Numbered from the stretch's first letter, positions 28,541 through 38,202 are shown. The stretch is 64,000 nucleotides of DNA from Longimicrobiales bacterium (GCA_965249725.1 OZ252251.1:224001-288000), one strand, 5' to 3'. Numbers and translations are program-made. The notes: a model not told the origin generated them from the letters alone.

Positions 28541-29389
28541 CTAGTCTTTATCGCCGGCTACCGTGTGATCATGTAGATCCACGGGCTCACCGAGCGGCAC
28601 GACGGCTCCGGCCATCGACGCGCTGAAAGTGAACGTGACCTCGGCGGTCTCGCCGGTGGCCACGGTTACGTTTTGAGTCTGCGTGCCGTAGCGCTCGTGC
28701 CAGGCCTCGACCACGTAGTCACCCGGGGGCAGCGTGGACAGGTCGAAGCTGCCATCCGAGCCGGAAACCGAGTGGTAGGGGTGGGGCAGCACTCCGATGT
28801 AGGCGGTCATCCAGCCGTGAACGTCGCAACGCACCGGAACCATGACCTCGGCCGTACCGAAGCTCCTGGTGCTCTCCATGGTCGTGGGCTGGCTGGTGTT
28901 GAAGCCCCGCTGCTCGGTGGGCGACGCGTTGATGTTGTGCAGCAAGCCATCGCTGTTCCGGATGGTGATGTCCTGGTCGGTCATGACGCCCAATACGTGG
29001 GGCAGATACGTGCAGCCATCCTGGTCGAGCAGGGCCGGGCCGGGCGTCGGAAACTGCAGGCTCTCCAGACCCTCCTTCACATAGACGAACACATTCGCGA
29101 GCATACCGCCGCTCACGGACACTTCCTCGGCCATGGGCGTCGAGGAGTGTTTGTCCGCACACACCTGCTCGGCACCCATGTCGATGGCGTCCATGGCGGG
29201 CGCGTCCCCCTCGAAGACGATAGATCCGGCGATGTTACCGGCCGTAGCTGCGTCCACCGGGTTCTCGACCGAAGCGGCTGCGCCACCCCCTGAGCTGCTA
29301 CCGCCACCGTCACCACCACCACATCCCATGGCCAATAAGGCCACCAGCGCGGGCGTGAACACCCGACGCAGTTCAATTCGATCCGTCAT
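28541..29389 (-). CDS. Lipoprotein with cupredoxin-like and carboxypeptidase-regulatory-like domains
   Basis: Lipobox LAMGC; DQDGC..PHV, LHNIN...CDVHGWM (H/C/H/M copper-type pattern); LPPGDYVVEAWHE. Confidence 0.75.
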   Translation of the reverse strand: MTDRIELRRVFTPALVALLAMGCGGGDGGGSSSGGGAAASVENPVDAATAGNIAGSIVFEGDAPAMDAIDMGAEQVCADKHSSTPMAEEVSVSGGMLANVFVYVKEGLESLQFPTPGPALLDQDGCTYLPHVLGVMTDQDITIRNSDGLLHNINASPTEQRGFNTSQPTTMESTRSFGTAEVMVPVRCDVHGWMTAYIGVLPHPYHSVSGSDGSFDLSTLPPGDYVVEAWHERYGTQTQNVTVATGETAEVTFTFSASMAGAVVPLGEPVDLHDHTVAGDKD

Positions 29390-29430
29390 ACTGCCTCCAT
29401 ACCTGTGATTGGTTCAGTTCAAGCCTTAGT

Positions 29431-31005
29431 TCAGTCTTCTACGATCTCGCCCTCTTCTTCGCGCTTCTGTGCTCTGCCCACCACGAGGATGCCGAGTCCG
29501 GCCGTGAGCACCATGGCCACGGCCGGGGCGATGTACACCGTGTTGGGTAGAGCGTCTTGGAGGAACAGGAAGTACCAGGAGCTCACGGAACCCTGCGTGC
29601 CTGATTCACCGTTGTCCCCATCCCACGCGAAGAACGCCACGGGTATGGGCTGCCCCGTGACGAAGTCCAGGTCGCCCTCGTCCTCGGTAATCAAAGAGCG
29701 GGTGAACATAACCTGCCACTGGCCGTTCACGTGAGAGGCGTGTAAGCCGAGGTCCTGTCCGTCGGACGGATAGCTCTCCGTACCGAGGCCTCTGGCTTCA
29801 CCCTCCATGGCCGTTCCACGGTCGCTCTGCCATTGCCAGAGATAGACGGGGCGACGGTTGTCACCTCTCATGAAGTACGGTCGGTCCATGCCCTGAGGCA
29901 TCTGCATGGGGAATTGGACGAGGAGCTGATCCGGCGTGGGGCCGGGCTCGCGTGGATCGCCCTCGACGGGGGCCATGAACGAGACGACCTGCGATTTCCA
30001 GTCGGCCCACTCGGGATCCGGGCTCAGGTTGGGGTCGCTCCATCGTACCCGTACTGCGACTTCCTGGCCGTCGTGGATGGCTTGCACCCACACGCCGTCG
30101 ACCCGGGGATCGAACCACCGGGGCTTCACAATGATCTGACCTGCCAGCGGGATGTACGCTGGATCGGCGGAGTCCCACAACGGATCGTCCACGGTGATGG
30201 GGAGCGCCGCGTCCTCCAGGAGCTCGGCCCTCACCACCTCCTCGATCCCCGGGGCTTCTTCGGGAGAGAGGCTGCGCACGTAGTGCGCGAGTGCCCAGAG
30301 CTGGTCGTCCGTGATGACCTCGGCGTCGATCAGGTCCGAGAAGTTGGGCATGGGCGTTCCATCGAGACCCGTCCGGAGGCGGGCATAGATGTCCTCGACG
30401 TCGCCTCCGCCGTTGAACAACCAGTTCTCGGTGAGGTCGGCCGCCCGGACCGGAAAGTCGTTGTCGTCGGCGAGCGTCGGTGAAGACTGTCCCTCGCCTC
30501 GCCCCTGGTCGCCATGACACTTCCAGCACTCGATGGCGTCGTATTGGGCTCTACCTTCCACGAGCACTTCCTCGGACACTTTGGTCGGTTTCCCGAACGC
30601 CAACGCCTCCGGAACCTCGTCCGGCGAAAAGAACCGGGAGAAGGTCTTCAGGTACTGCACCAACGCCTCTCGCTCGTTCTGTGATAGCAGGTCTTCCCAC
30701 CCCGGCATCGTCGTCCCGGGCATCCCCCGATTGATCACTTTCAGCATGTCGTCGTCCGTCGGAAGCTCTCCACTCGCTGTGGTCCGGATCTGGTATAACG
30801 CCTGGCTGAAGTCCCGAGGCCGCGGCAACATGATCGCCGCCCCATCCCCAGCCCCCAGACCGTCCACCCCATGACACCCCGCGCACCACTTCTCATAGGT
30901 GACCTGCCCGAGATCTTCCTGCCCCTCCAACCGCCCCGCCCCCAGCCAGAAAAAAAGGATGAGCACCGATGTGACCGCCACCACCTTGGTGAACCGCCTG
31001 ATCAA
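29431..31005 (-). CDS. Diheme cytochrome c fused to an EB_dh (EbdC/NxrC-like heme b) domain, C-terminal TM anchor
   Basis: CAGCH and CWKCH with PRPRDF and GMPGTTMPGW; C-terminal VRWSDP, NGQWQVMFTRSL, PVAFFAWDG. Start probably TTG 31005; the frame is open to 31176. Confidence 0.8.
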   Translation of the reverse strand: MIRRFTKVVAVTSVLILFFWLGAGRLEGQEDLGQVTYEKWCAGCHGVDGLGAGDGAAIMLPRPRDFSQALYQIRTTASGELPTDDDMLKVINRGMPGTTMPGWEDLLSQNEREALVQYLKTFSRFFSPDEVPEALAFGKPTKVSEEVLVEGRAQYDAIECWKCHGDQGRGEGQSSPTLADDNDFPVRAADLTENWLFNGGGDVEDIYARLRTGLDGTPMPNFSDLIDAEVITDDQLWALAHYVRSLSPEEAPGIEEVVRAELLEDAALPITVDDPLWDSADPAYIPLAGQIIVKPRWFDPRVDGVWVQAIHDGQEVAVRVRWSDPNLSPDPEWADWKSQVVSFMAPVEGDPREPGPTPDQLLVQFPMQMPQGMDRPYFMRGDNRRPVYLWQWQSDRGTAMEGEARGLGTESYPSDGQDLGLHASHVNGQWQVMFTRSLITEDEGDLDFVTGQPIPVAFFAWDGDNGESGTQGSVSSWYFLFLQDALPNTVYIAPAVAMVLTAGLGILVVGRAQKREEEGEIVED

Positions 31006-31175
31006 CGGATCCGTCCCCCGATGTGCTCCAGGGACCGCTGCGGCGTTTCCCTCGGAACGAAGTTCAATCGAAGATTGCTTGAGTGCAGAGGAAAACCCGC
31101 AAAAGGTCCCGACTTCGCGGGACGAGGATCCGACCCACCCGCGCCGCTGCACCAAGTACTCCGCGAAGCGCCCCA

Positions 31176-31973
31176 TCAGTGCTCCTCCCCCCCTTCAGCC
31201 TCTTCCCACGTACGAGGCTCATGCCCAGTCTGCTCATACAAGAACATGATCACCGACCATATCTCGTCCGCGGTGAGAAAGTCCTCCCACGCGGGCATGG
31301 CCGAATTCCAGGGGGCGCCTTCGTTGGGAAGGCCGGGGCCGCCCTTCGCGATCCGCCAGAAGACGAAGCTCTCGGTGAGCTGGGCGATGGTACCGATGTC
31401 CTCGAAGTTCGCCGGGGCCGGGGTGAACGCGGCGGCGTAATGACCCTGCCCGTTCAGCCCGTCGCCATGACAACCGAGGCAGTTCTGATAGTAGACACGC
31501 TTGCCTTCCTCGTAGTGGTCCTCGAGCGAGCCCAAGGAACGCAGAGGGTTCTCCAGCCCTGAAAGCACCATGGTCTCGCCCTGAAAGTCGATCTGTCCGG
31601 GAGGAGCCGGATGGACGGACCGGAGGCCGATCGGGGCCCCCACCGACGGACGAACCCGGTTGTATGTGCCGAAAGCCACCACGAGCGGGATGGCCACCAT
31701 GAACAGCCCGCGAACCGTTTTCCTCCGTGGATCCACCAGGGTCCGGTGGATAGGTGCCTTGAACTCCGTCCAACGCTCTTCGTTGTCGCTGACCCACAGC
31801 AGGATGCCGACCGCGGCGGTCAGCATGTACTGAAATATGACGGAACTGGGGACCGGGGCGCTCGCAATCCCGACCAGGGGCGGGAAGTACACGATGCCGT
31901 AGTTCAAGACCAGATACGACAGGATCATGACCACGGCCGCCTGGCCGAACGGATGCTTGAAATGCTTGCCCAT
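31176..31973 (-). CDS. Membrane-anchored monoheme cytochrome c
   Basis: Three N-terminal TMs; CLGCH; FWRIAKGGPGLP...SAMPAWE. Confidence 0.88.
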   Translation of the reverse strand: MGKHFKHPFGQAAVVMILSYLVLNYGIVYFPPLVGIASAPVPSSVIFQYMLTAAVGILLWVSDNEERWTEFKAPIHRTLVDPRRKTVRGLFMVAIPLVVAFGTYNRVRPSVGAPIGLRSVHPAPPGQIDFQGETMVLSGLENPLRSLGSLEDHYEEGKRVYYQNCLGCHGDGLNGQGHYAAAFTPAPANFEDIGTIAQLTESFVFWRIAKGGPGLPNEGAPWNSAMPAWEDFLTADEIWSVIMFLYEQTGHEPRTWEEAEGGEEH

Positions 31974-31990
31974 GCGCGTTCCGCCTCCCC

Positions 31991-32788
31991 TTACTGTTGG
32001 CTGGCCAGGAACTGAACGACTGATTCGAGCTGCGCGGCCGTGAGCTGGGTACCGAAGATCTGGGGCATGACCCCGATGAACGCCTCGAAACCGGGAGACG
32101 CGCCGGCCGACGGATTAAGGATCGACTCGCGGATGTAGTCCGCTTGTACACGCCCTCCCATCCCGTCGAAGGGCGGTCCCATCGGTGTGCCCTCACCGTT
32201 GAAGTGATGACATACCAGGCAGGTGTTGGCCCGCATGATCTCGACCGGATCCAAGGACGCTGTCGCCGGAGTGGCGGCGGCGGGAGCCGTGGTCGCAGCA
32301 GGAGTGGCTCCCCCAGCCTCCTCGGTGACGTCCGCACCGGAAACCGTTACCTCACCGCCCTGGGACTGGAGGAACGCTACAAGCGACCAGATCTGCGCAT
32401 TGGACAGGGAGCGTCGCATGTCGGGCATGATGGGGTTGTAACCTTCTACTAGGAACGAGGCCGGGTCTGTCATGGACATGTACAGGTAGGTCTTACAATC
32501 CTCCCCACTCACCCGACCGGCGCAGCGCACGCCGATGGTGCCCGTGCCGCCGTCATCCGTGAGGAGATTCGGGGCTCGCGTGCCCAGCCCATGGCAGGCC
32601 ACACATCCGCCGGCGCCGTTGTAGAGGTTCTCGCCCGAGGAGACCAATTCGGCCTCGGAGACGTTGGCACCGAAAGACAGCTCCTGGGGCACTTCGGACT
32701 GCACCTGTGGGATCGAATTGGCCACGAGGGTGAAGAGCGCAAGAGTCCCGATAACGACTGAGAAGATCCTCAGATTCTCTGCAAGCAT
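31991..32788 (-). CDS. Diheme cytochrome c with N-terminal anchor
   Basis: CVACH and CLVCH, each followed by a distal MP; Ala/Pro/Thr linker. Confidence 0.88.
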   Translation of the reverse strand: MLAENLRIFSVVIGTLALFTLVANSIPQVQSEVPQELSFGANVSEAELVSSGENLYNGAGGCVACHGLGTRAPNLLTDDGGTGTIGVRCAGRVSGEDCKTYLYMSMTDPASFLVEGYNPIMPDMRRSLSNAQIWSLVAFLQSQGGEVTVSGADVTEEAGGATPAATTAPAAATPATASLDPVEIMRANTCLVCHHFNGEGTPMGPPFDGMGGRVQADYIRESILNPSAGASPGFEAFIGVMPQIFGTQLTAAQLESVVQFLASQQ

Positions 32789-32849
32789 CGTGCGTCTCAG
32801 TCTCCCGAGTCAGAAGTTTCTTGGCACGTGTCGAAGGGCGAAACTGTCA

Positions 32850-34658
32850 TCAATCACCCGCTGCCGGCGCGAGTTCGGCACCACCGGGAGCCCCAGCCCC
32901 GACGTTCGACACGATGGGCTTTTCGGCGAGTCCTCCGAGCCAGAAGATAAAGGCCACGAGCGTCAGGAAGATCAGCACACACGCCGAGATTACCACTGAA
33001 GCGTATCCCAGCGCCGGAGTCGCGGCCCACTCGCTGGTGTCCCTCATGACCTCCCAGACGTGCCAGTGCTGCCGGATTCCGCTGCGGGCAAAGCCCATGA
33101 GGCCCATCAGCCAGGTAAAGGTGACGGCGAGAATGAAGAGGGCGTACTGAGACCGAGGCGGCATCTGCCCCCAACGGATCTCGCCCCGGGACTCGGCACC
33201 TCGGGCCAGGAGCACGTCGATAATGACGACACCGAAGATCGTTACCAGAACCGCCAGCACCTGATAAACGGAGAATCCGATCCGCACGATGGCGCTGACG
33301 AAGTATCCGTAGATTCCGTAGAAGATCACGATCCCGGCCGAGATCACGAACAACGCCGCCTGAATCATGGTGCCTGTCTTGGCCCAACTCACCGTCGGCC
33401 GGATGTTCGCGCGCCGATACAGGAGGAAGGACAGGAACGTGGTCAGGATCATGATGTTCACAGCCGTATTCTTGGCGCTCATGACTCCCAGGACACCCAA
33501 GAACGGGTGGTTGGTACCGCCCATGGCGGCGATCTCTTCTCGGTTGGCGATCATGGTGTGCGGCGTCGCCCATACCATCACGCCGATCACAAGTACCACC
33601 AGCATGTACTTGGTATACGGCGTGAAGCGCTCTGCCCCTGGAATCCGGCCCATTCCCACCCACAGGTAGTAGTTACCGGTCAGGAAGAGCACGCCGATGA
33701 GGAAGGCCTGGATGATCCAAAGCCAACTCATGAAGCCGCCCATCATGGTGATGCCCATCTGCTGGTTGAACTCGTAGATCTCGCGTCCCAGGTAGTAACC
33801 GGCGAACGGTAGGACGATGAGCGCTCCGATGGCGATCAGGTTGCCGACGTAGCCCATCCAGTCGTAGTGGGCGCGTTCCTCGTCGGTCGTGGCCAAAAGG
33901 AAGCGGTACGCGGCGTAAGCGCCCACGATCGCCCCGCCGAAGACCACGTTGGCGATGATCCGGTGGATATTGATCGGCATCCAGGTGGCGTTGGCGAAAG
34001 CACTCCAGAACTGAACCATAGCAGGCGCCGTGTCGGGGCCGACGTCGGCGGGTGGGCTCATCATGTACGTCAGCCAAGAGTTGGCGATCAACATGACGAT
34101 CGTGCCCCAGACGTTGAGCAGGATACCCAGGGTCCAGTGGCCGAGCTTGGCCCGTCCCTTCTTCCAGCGATCCCAGCCGTAGTAGTAGAGGTAGAGCGTA
34201 AAGGACTCGAGGAAAAAGAGCCCGACGTAGACCCACATCGAGTACTCGAAAACCTCAGCCAAATAGATCCAGAGTCTCGGATAGAGCGTGACGAGCAGGA
34301 ACGACAGGATCGCTCCCCAAATTGCCGTCGCGGAGTACGCAACCAGGAGGAGCCGCGTGAATTCCTTGGCCAGCTTGTCGTACTTCTCGTGTCCGCCGAA
34401 GATTCCGATGGCCTCCGCGACCACCGCGAACATCGGGACTCCCAGCACGAATGCGGCGAAGAGAAGGTGCACCTGCGCCGCGACCCAAACCGCGACGCGA
34501 CTCCCGACCAGGGGGAAGTCACCGTACTCCCGCATCGCAACGTCCTGTGCCCATGCGACGTCCGGGAAGATCTGGAAGGCCAGGGTCACCAGGCCGAAGG
34601 CTCCCAGGAGCTTCAAAGTCGTTCCACCGCGCCGAGCCGTCGGCTCCCGTCGACTCAT
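32850..34658 (-). CDS. Cytochrome bd oxidase subunit I-like (CydA-like) membrane protein
   Basis: AQVHLLFAAFVLG, FFLESFTLYLYYYGW, ANSWLTYMMSP, NIHRIIAN, ARSGIRQHWHV; no cydB adjacent. Confidence 0.85.
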   Translation of the reverse strand: MSRREPTARRGGTTLKLLGAFGLVTLAFQIFPDVAWAQDVAMREYGDFPLVGSRVAVWVAAQVHLLFAAFVLGVPMFAVVAEAIGIFGGHEKYDKLAKEFTRLLLVAYSATAIWGAILSFLLVTLYPRLWIYLAEVFEYSMWVYVGLFFLESFTLYLYYYGWDRWKKGRAKLGHWTLGILLNVWGTIVMLIANSWLTYMMSPPADVGPDTAPAMVQFWSAFANATWMPINIHRIIANVVFGGAIVGAYAAYRFLLATTDEERAHYDWMGYVGNLIAIGALIVLPFAGYYLGREIYEFNQQMGITMMGGFMSWLWIIQAFLIGVLFLTGNYYLWVGMGRIPGAERFTPYTKYMLVVLVIGVMVWATPHTMIANREEIAAMGGTNHPFLGVLGVMSAKNTAVNIMILTTFLSFLLYRRANIRPTVSWAKTGTMIQAALFVISAGIVIFYGIYGYFVSAIVRIGFSVYQVLAVLVTIFGVVIIDVLLARGAESRGEIRWGQMPPRSQYALFILAVTFTWLMGLMGFARSGIRQHWHVWEVMRDTSEWAATPALGYASVVISACVLIFLTLVAFIFWLGGLAEKPIVSNVGAGAPGGAELAPAAGD

Positions 34659-34696
34659 CACGGTTCCTTTCTCGTCCACCGGTTTGGGGCGCGGAA

Positions 34697-36034
34697 TCAA
34701 GCCGACCCTCCTCGTCCGAGGAAGAACGGCAATTTCTTCGAGAAGTCCACGGGGAGGCTGTTACGCACCTCTTCCATGACTTCGATATCTACGCTGGAGT
34801 AGCCCCTCTCGAGGGCGAATTTCTCGACGCGGGCCGTGACCACTCCCCGCACGAAGCTCGGGACCTTGTCCAACCGAGCACGGGCCTCTGGGGACCACGA
34901 CAGCCCTGACGTGGCCGCCTGACCGTATGCCACGGTCTTTCGCGGGGCCACCAGCGGCACATCACCCGTGGGGTCGTACAGGCAGGAGTCGTCCGGGCCC
35001 AGGAAGTCTCCCCCGTCGGCGTAAGCCCGCGCGCGGCAGCCACCGCACACCTCTCGGTACTCGCACCGACCACAACGCCCGGAGAGCTGGCCCGACCGAA
35101 GGTCGGTGAAGACCTCGGAAGTCTGCCAGGTCGTGCGGAAACTGTCGGTCATCAGGTCTCCGGCCACCACGGGCATGTAGGGGCAAGGCGTCACCTTGCC
35201 CTCCGGCGTTATACGCACGTAGTGAACGCCACACGGGCAGCGGGTCTCGTAGTTCAGCAACGGAGAGTCCGGATCGCCCTGGAGGACGTGGCGCATGAGC
35301 TGCGGCTGACACTTGGAGCGGATCATCATCCGGCCCCGGTAGGTCTGTTCGAGCTCGACCAACTCCTTGAGGACCTCGTCATTCTCCGCCGGGGTCATGC
35401 CCTTCATCAACTCAGCCCGACCCGTCGGGACGACGAAATAGACGTTGAACGAAACGGCGCCGGCGGTGGCGGACCATTCCGCCAAATCGGCGATTTCCTG
35501 CCGATTTCCCGTGGTCACTGTCGTCTGAATGACGAAATCGAGTTTGCGGTCCGCACATCGTGCGACGGCTGCCATGGTATCGGTCAGCGCGCCGCCGCCG
35601 TGGCGGAAGCGATCGTGGTATTCGGACCTGAGCGAGTCGATGCTGACTGCGACACCCTTGACTCCGGCGGTCATCAGCGAGTCGATGCGTTCCTCCGTCA
35701 ACCCGGTGCCATTGGTTCCGACGACCACGGTGGCGCCCCTCGAGGACGCTCGCTCGGCGATCGCCTCGAGATCGTCGCGCACCAGAGGCTCCCCACCCGT
35801 CAGGATGAGCATCGGGTTGGGGTTCACGTCGAGAATCTCGTCCAGGACGCGGAAGCACTCTTCGGTCGAGAGCTCTTCGGAGGCCAGGTGCCACGACCCG
35901 GCGGAGATGTAGCAGTGGGCGCACTCGAGGTTGCACCGCTTGGTCAGATTCCACGCAACGACGTGCGGCACATAACTCTCGCCGGAGCGCTCACTTCGAG
36001 TCTCTCCCCGCTCGGTGGGAACCGGAGGCGTCAT
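34697..36034 (-). CDS. Radical SAM/SPASM protein (AhbD/NirJ-like) with C-terminal PCP_red-like domain
   Basis: WNLTKRCNLECAHCY, LTGGEPL, CPCG...TPCPY, CGRCEYREVCGGCRARA; tail WSPEARARLDKVPSFVRG. Confidence 0.88.
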   Translation of the reverse strand: MTPPVPTERGETRSERSGESYVPHVVAWNLTKRCNLECAHCYISAGSWHLASEELSTEECFRVLDEILDVNPNPMLILTGGEPLVRDDLEAIAERASSRGATVVVGTNGTGLTEERIDSLMTAGVKGVAVSIDSLRSEYHDRFRHGGGALTDTMAAVARCADRKLDFVIQTTVTTGNRQEIADLAEWSATAGAVSFNVYFVVPTGRAELMKGMTPAENDEVLKELVELEQTYRGRMMIRSKCQPQLMRHVLQGDPDSPLLNYETRCPCGVHYVRITPEGKVTPCPYMPVVAGDLMTDSFRTTWQTSEVFTDLRSGQLSGRCGRCEYREVCGGCRARAYADGGDFLGPDDSCLYDPTGDVPLVAPRKTVAYGQAATSGLSWSPEARARLDKVPSFVRGVVTARVEKFALERGYSSVDIEVMEEVRNSLPVDFSKKLPFFLGRGGSA

Positions 36035-36069
36035 GGTCGCCGCTGAGGGGGTCTGGTCGAGACTTCGGA

Positions 36070-38202
36070 TCACGCTTTGCCGGTCTCTTTGTTCATGAAC
36101 TGCTCGACCGCGGCCTTGGCGTCCTCGGGAGAGACGGTCTTGAAGTCCACGGGACACTCGTCGGCCGCCTCCGCCACATCACGGATGGGGCAGCGCGTCA
36201 CGCCGCTGGCCTTGGCCTCTTCGATGAACTTCCGCATTTCAGGCGTGATGCCGTCCACTCCCTCCGCCTCGGCCCTGATCTGTTTGGTCTGTAGCTCGCG
36301 GAACATCACCAGCATGGTGTCCATGTCGAACTCGTCCGCCTCGATCATGGCCTGCTTGTTCTCGTCCATAACGGGGGTCGTCACTCGCCAGATGTCATGC
36401 TCACGAGCGAAGCGCTCCACTGTGTTCCGGGCCAAGGGCCGCGCGATGAGTGGAACGGCCTTGAGTCGCTCGAAGGCTTCCTGGGTCCACTGGACGGGGT
36501 CCTTGGCTTCGCGCTCGCGGTTCTCGATGTGGCCGGTGTACGGGCATTTCACCGATACCATGGGCGCCTCCGGCACCGGATCGGCGTCCAAGCCCTCTAT
36601 CACCGTGCGCTTCATCGCCTCATCGGCCTTCACCTCGGCCAGGGCGAGCTCCTCGGCAGTGCCGATCCCCATGATCAACTGCATATGTGTGGGGAGCAGC
36701 TTCTGAATGGCCTCGTCCAGCCGGGAGCTGGTCACCATCGGGAGGCCGTCGGCTCCGAGAGGCGGCACCGCTGTGCCGCTCACCCCGTTCGTGACACCCG
36801 CCTCGTTCGCGTCGGCTCCGTCGGATCCGGCGCCGTTCGGGGTGATGCCATTCGCCGGGCGGATCGAATCCTCGCGGTAGGTTCCGTTGGCGCCCGGTCC
36901 GTAGTTGTCCAGCACGTACTCTTCGACTGCCTTGCGTGCTATGCCGAGCGCGAAGCTCGGTACCCGCAGAATCCGGACTTCGGCGTCGGGGGACCACTCC
37001 AGTCCGGTCTCACCGTCCTCTTCGATCCACGGGATGTCGTCGGGGCGCACGTCCTGGGTCCCCACCAAGAGGATGTTGCTGGGAGCCAGGCGGCAGAGAT
37101 TGTCCGACTGCGAGCCCATGTCGGTGCCCTCGACCCGGTGCCCGCCGTGGCGCGCCAACACCACCAGGCTCGGCTCGAGCTCCTCTATCCACTGGAGAAT
37201 GCACTGGAATGGCTTCCCGATGAGGATCTGGGTCTCGACCTCGACATCGGGGAACTCGTCCGCCATCACCTGCGCTCGCTTGAGGTTCGCCTGAGCGAGC
37301 TTCAAAAGACCCTTGTCGATGATGTTGTTATGGAGCTCTTCCTGCTCCTCGAACTTGAACACCTTCGAGGCCTGGACCGAGAGGATGTCCTTGATGTTTC
37401 CGAACACGGCGTGGTGGTATTCCACGTCGAAGGCCGAACACACGTGGAGCTTGGCTCCGAACTCCCTCGCCATCTCGAGAGCCAGACGCATGGCCTTATA
37501 GGCATACGAGGATCCATCGACGCAGATGATCCAGTTCCCGTTGGCCAAGGCCTTGTCGTCGCGCACGATCAGGGTGTCCTTCTCGACCCCGCGGATCACG
37601 CGGGAGATCATGCCACCGAGCTGGGAATAGGGCTGCTTACCGATGCCATGAGCACCGATGACCAACAGGTCGTACTTGCGGCCGCTCGAGCCGGCGAGCT
37701 TCTCGTCGTGCTCTTCGTCCTCCGCGATGATTCGTCCGTCTTCATCGATGGCCACGTCGCTCCGAACCTTGTCACCGCCGTCATACTTGTCGGCGATATT
37801 CGGATCGAAGCCGATCAGGCTCGGTAGCTGCCCGTGGCCGGCGTTGGCCTCGCGGATGATCTCCTCGTAGTGAATTCCCTCAAGGAGCTGCCTGGTGAGG
37901 GTGACTCCGGCGGCGTCACATGCCTTCGACGTTTGGTCGAGGAACGAGTCGGAGATGAGCTGAAGCCCCTTCTCGATCAGCTTGTCGTGGATCTTGCGTT
38001 GCCGCTTGATCTCTTCGGCGCTCTGGAATTGAGCTGGAAGGCCGGTTTCGAGTTGCCGAAAGCGCACGTCGTGCAGACGAGCTGCATAGACATGGTTGCC
38101 GGTAATCTGTCCGTCTGAGTGGGAACAGAATTCGATGGCCCGGTCCACGGCCCAATGCGAATGCTCGGAATTGTCTACAGGTACGAAGATTTCACGGTAC
38201 AT
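36070..38202 (-). CDS. Double universal-stress-protein (USP) domain protein with two PCP_red-like domains
   Basis: IFVPVDNSEHS..A, LLVIGAHG, CVDGSSYA..A, LVVLARHG; then WSPDAEVRILRVPSFA and WTQEAFERLKAVPLIAR; GAGG RBS before ATG 38202. Confidence 0.85.
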   Translation of the reverse strand: MYREIFVPVDNSEHSHWAVDRAIEFCSHSDGQITGNHVYAARLHDVRFRQLETGLPAQFQSAEEIKRQRKIHDKLIEKGLQLISDSFLDQTSKACDAAGVTLTRQLLEGIHYEEIIREANAGHGQLPSLIGFDPNIADKYDGGDKVRSDVAIDEDGRIIAEDEEHDEKLAGSSGRKYDLLVIGAHGIGKQPYSQLGGMISRVIRGVEKDTLIVRDDKALANGNWIICVDGSSYAYKAMRLALEMAREFGAKLHVCSAFDVEYHHAVFGNIKDILSVQASKVFKFEEQEELHNNIIDKGLLKLAQANLKRAQVMADEFPDVEVETQILIGKPFQCILQWIEELEPSLVVLARHGGHRVEGTDMGSQSDNLCRLAPSNILLVGTQDVRPDDIPWIEEDGETGLEWSPDAEVRILRVPSFALGIARKAVEEYVLDNYGPGANGTYREDSIRPANGITPNGAGSDGADANEAGVTNGVSGTAVPPLGADGLPMVTSSRLDEAIQKLLPTHMQLIMGIGTAEELALAEVKADEAMKRTVIEGLDADPVPEAPMVSVKCPYTGHIENREREAKDPVQWTQEAFERLKAVPLIARPLARNTVERFAREHDIWRVTTPVMDENKQAMIEADEFDMDTMLVMFRELQTKQIRAEAEGVDGITPEMRKFIEEAKASGVTRCPIRDVAEAADECPVDFKTVSPEDAKAAVEQFMNKETGKA

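Noticed and set aside
29431..34658. Evidence that the organism is a nitrite oxidiser or anammox bacterium
   Set aside because: Only accessory-type homologues are present; no nxrA/nxrB, hzs or hao in the window.
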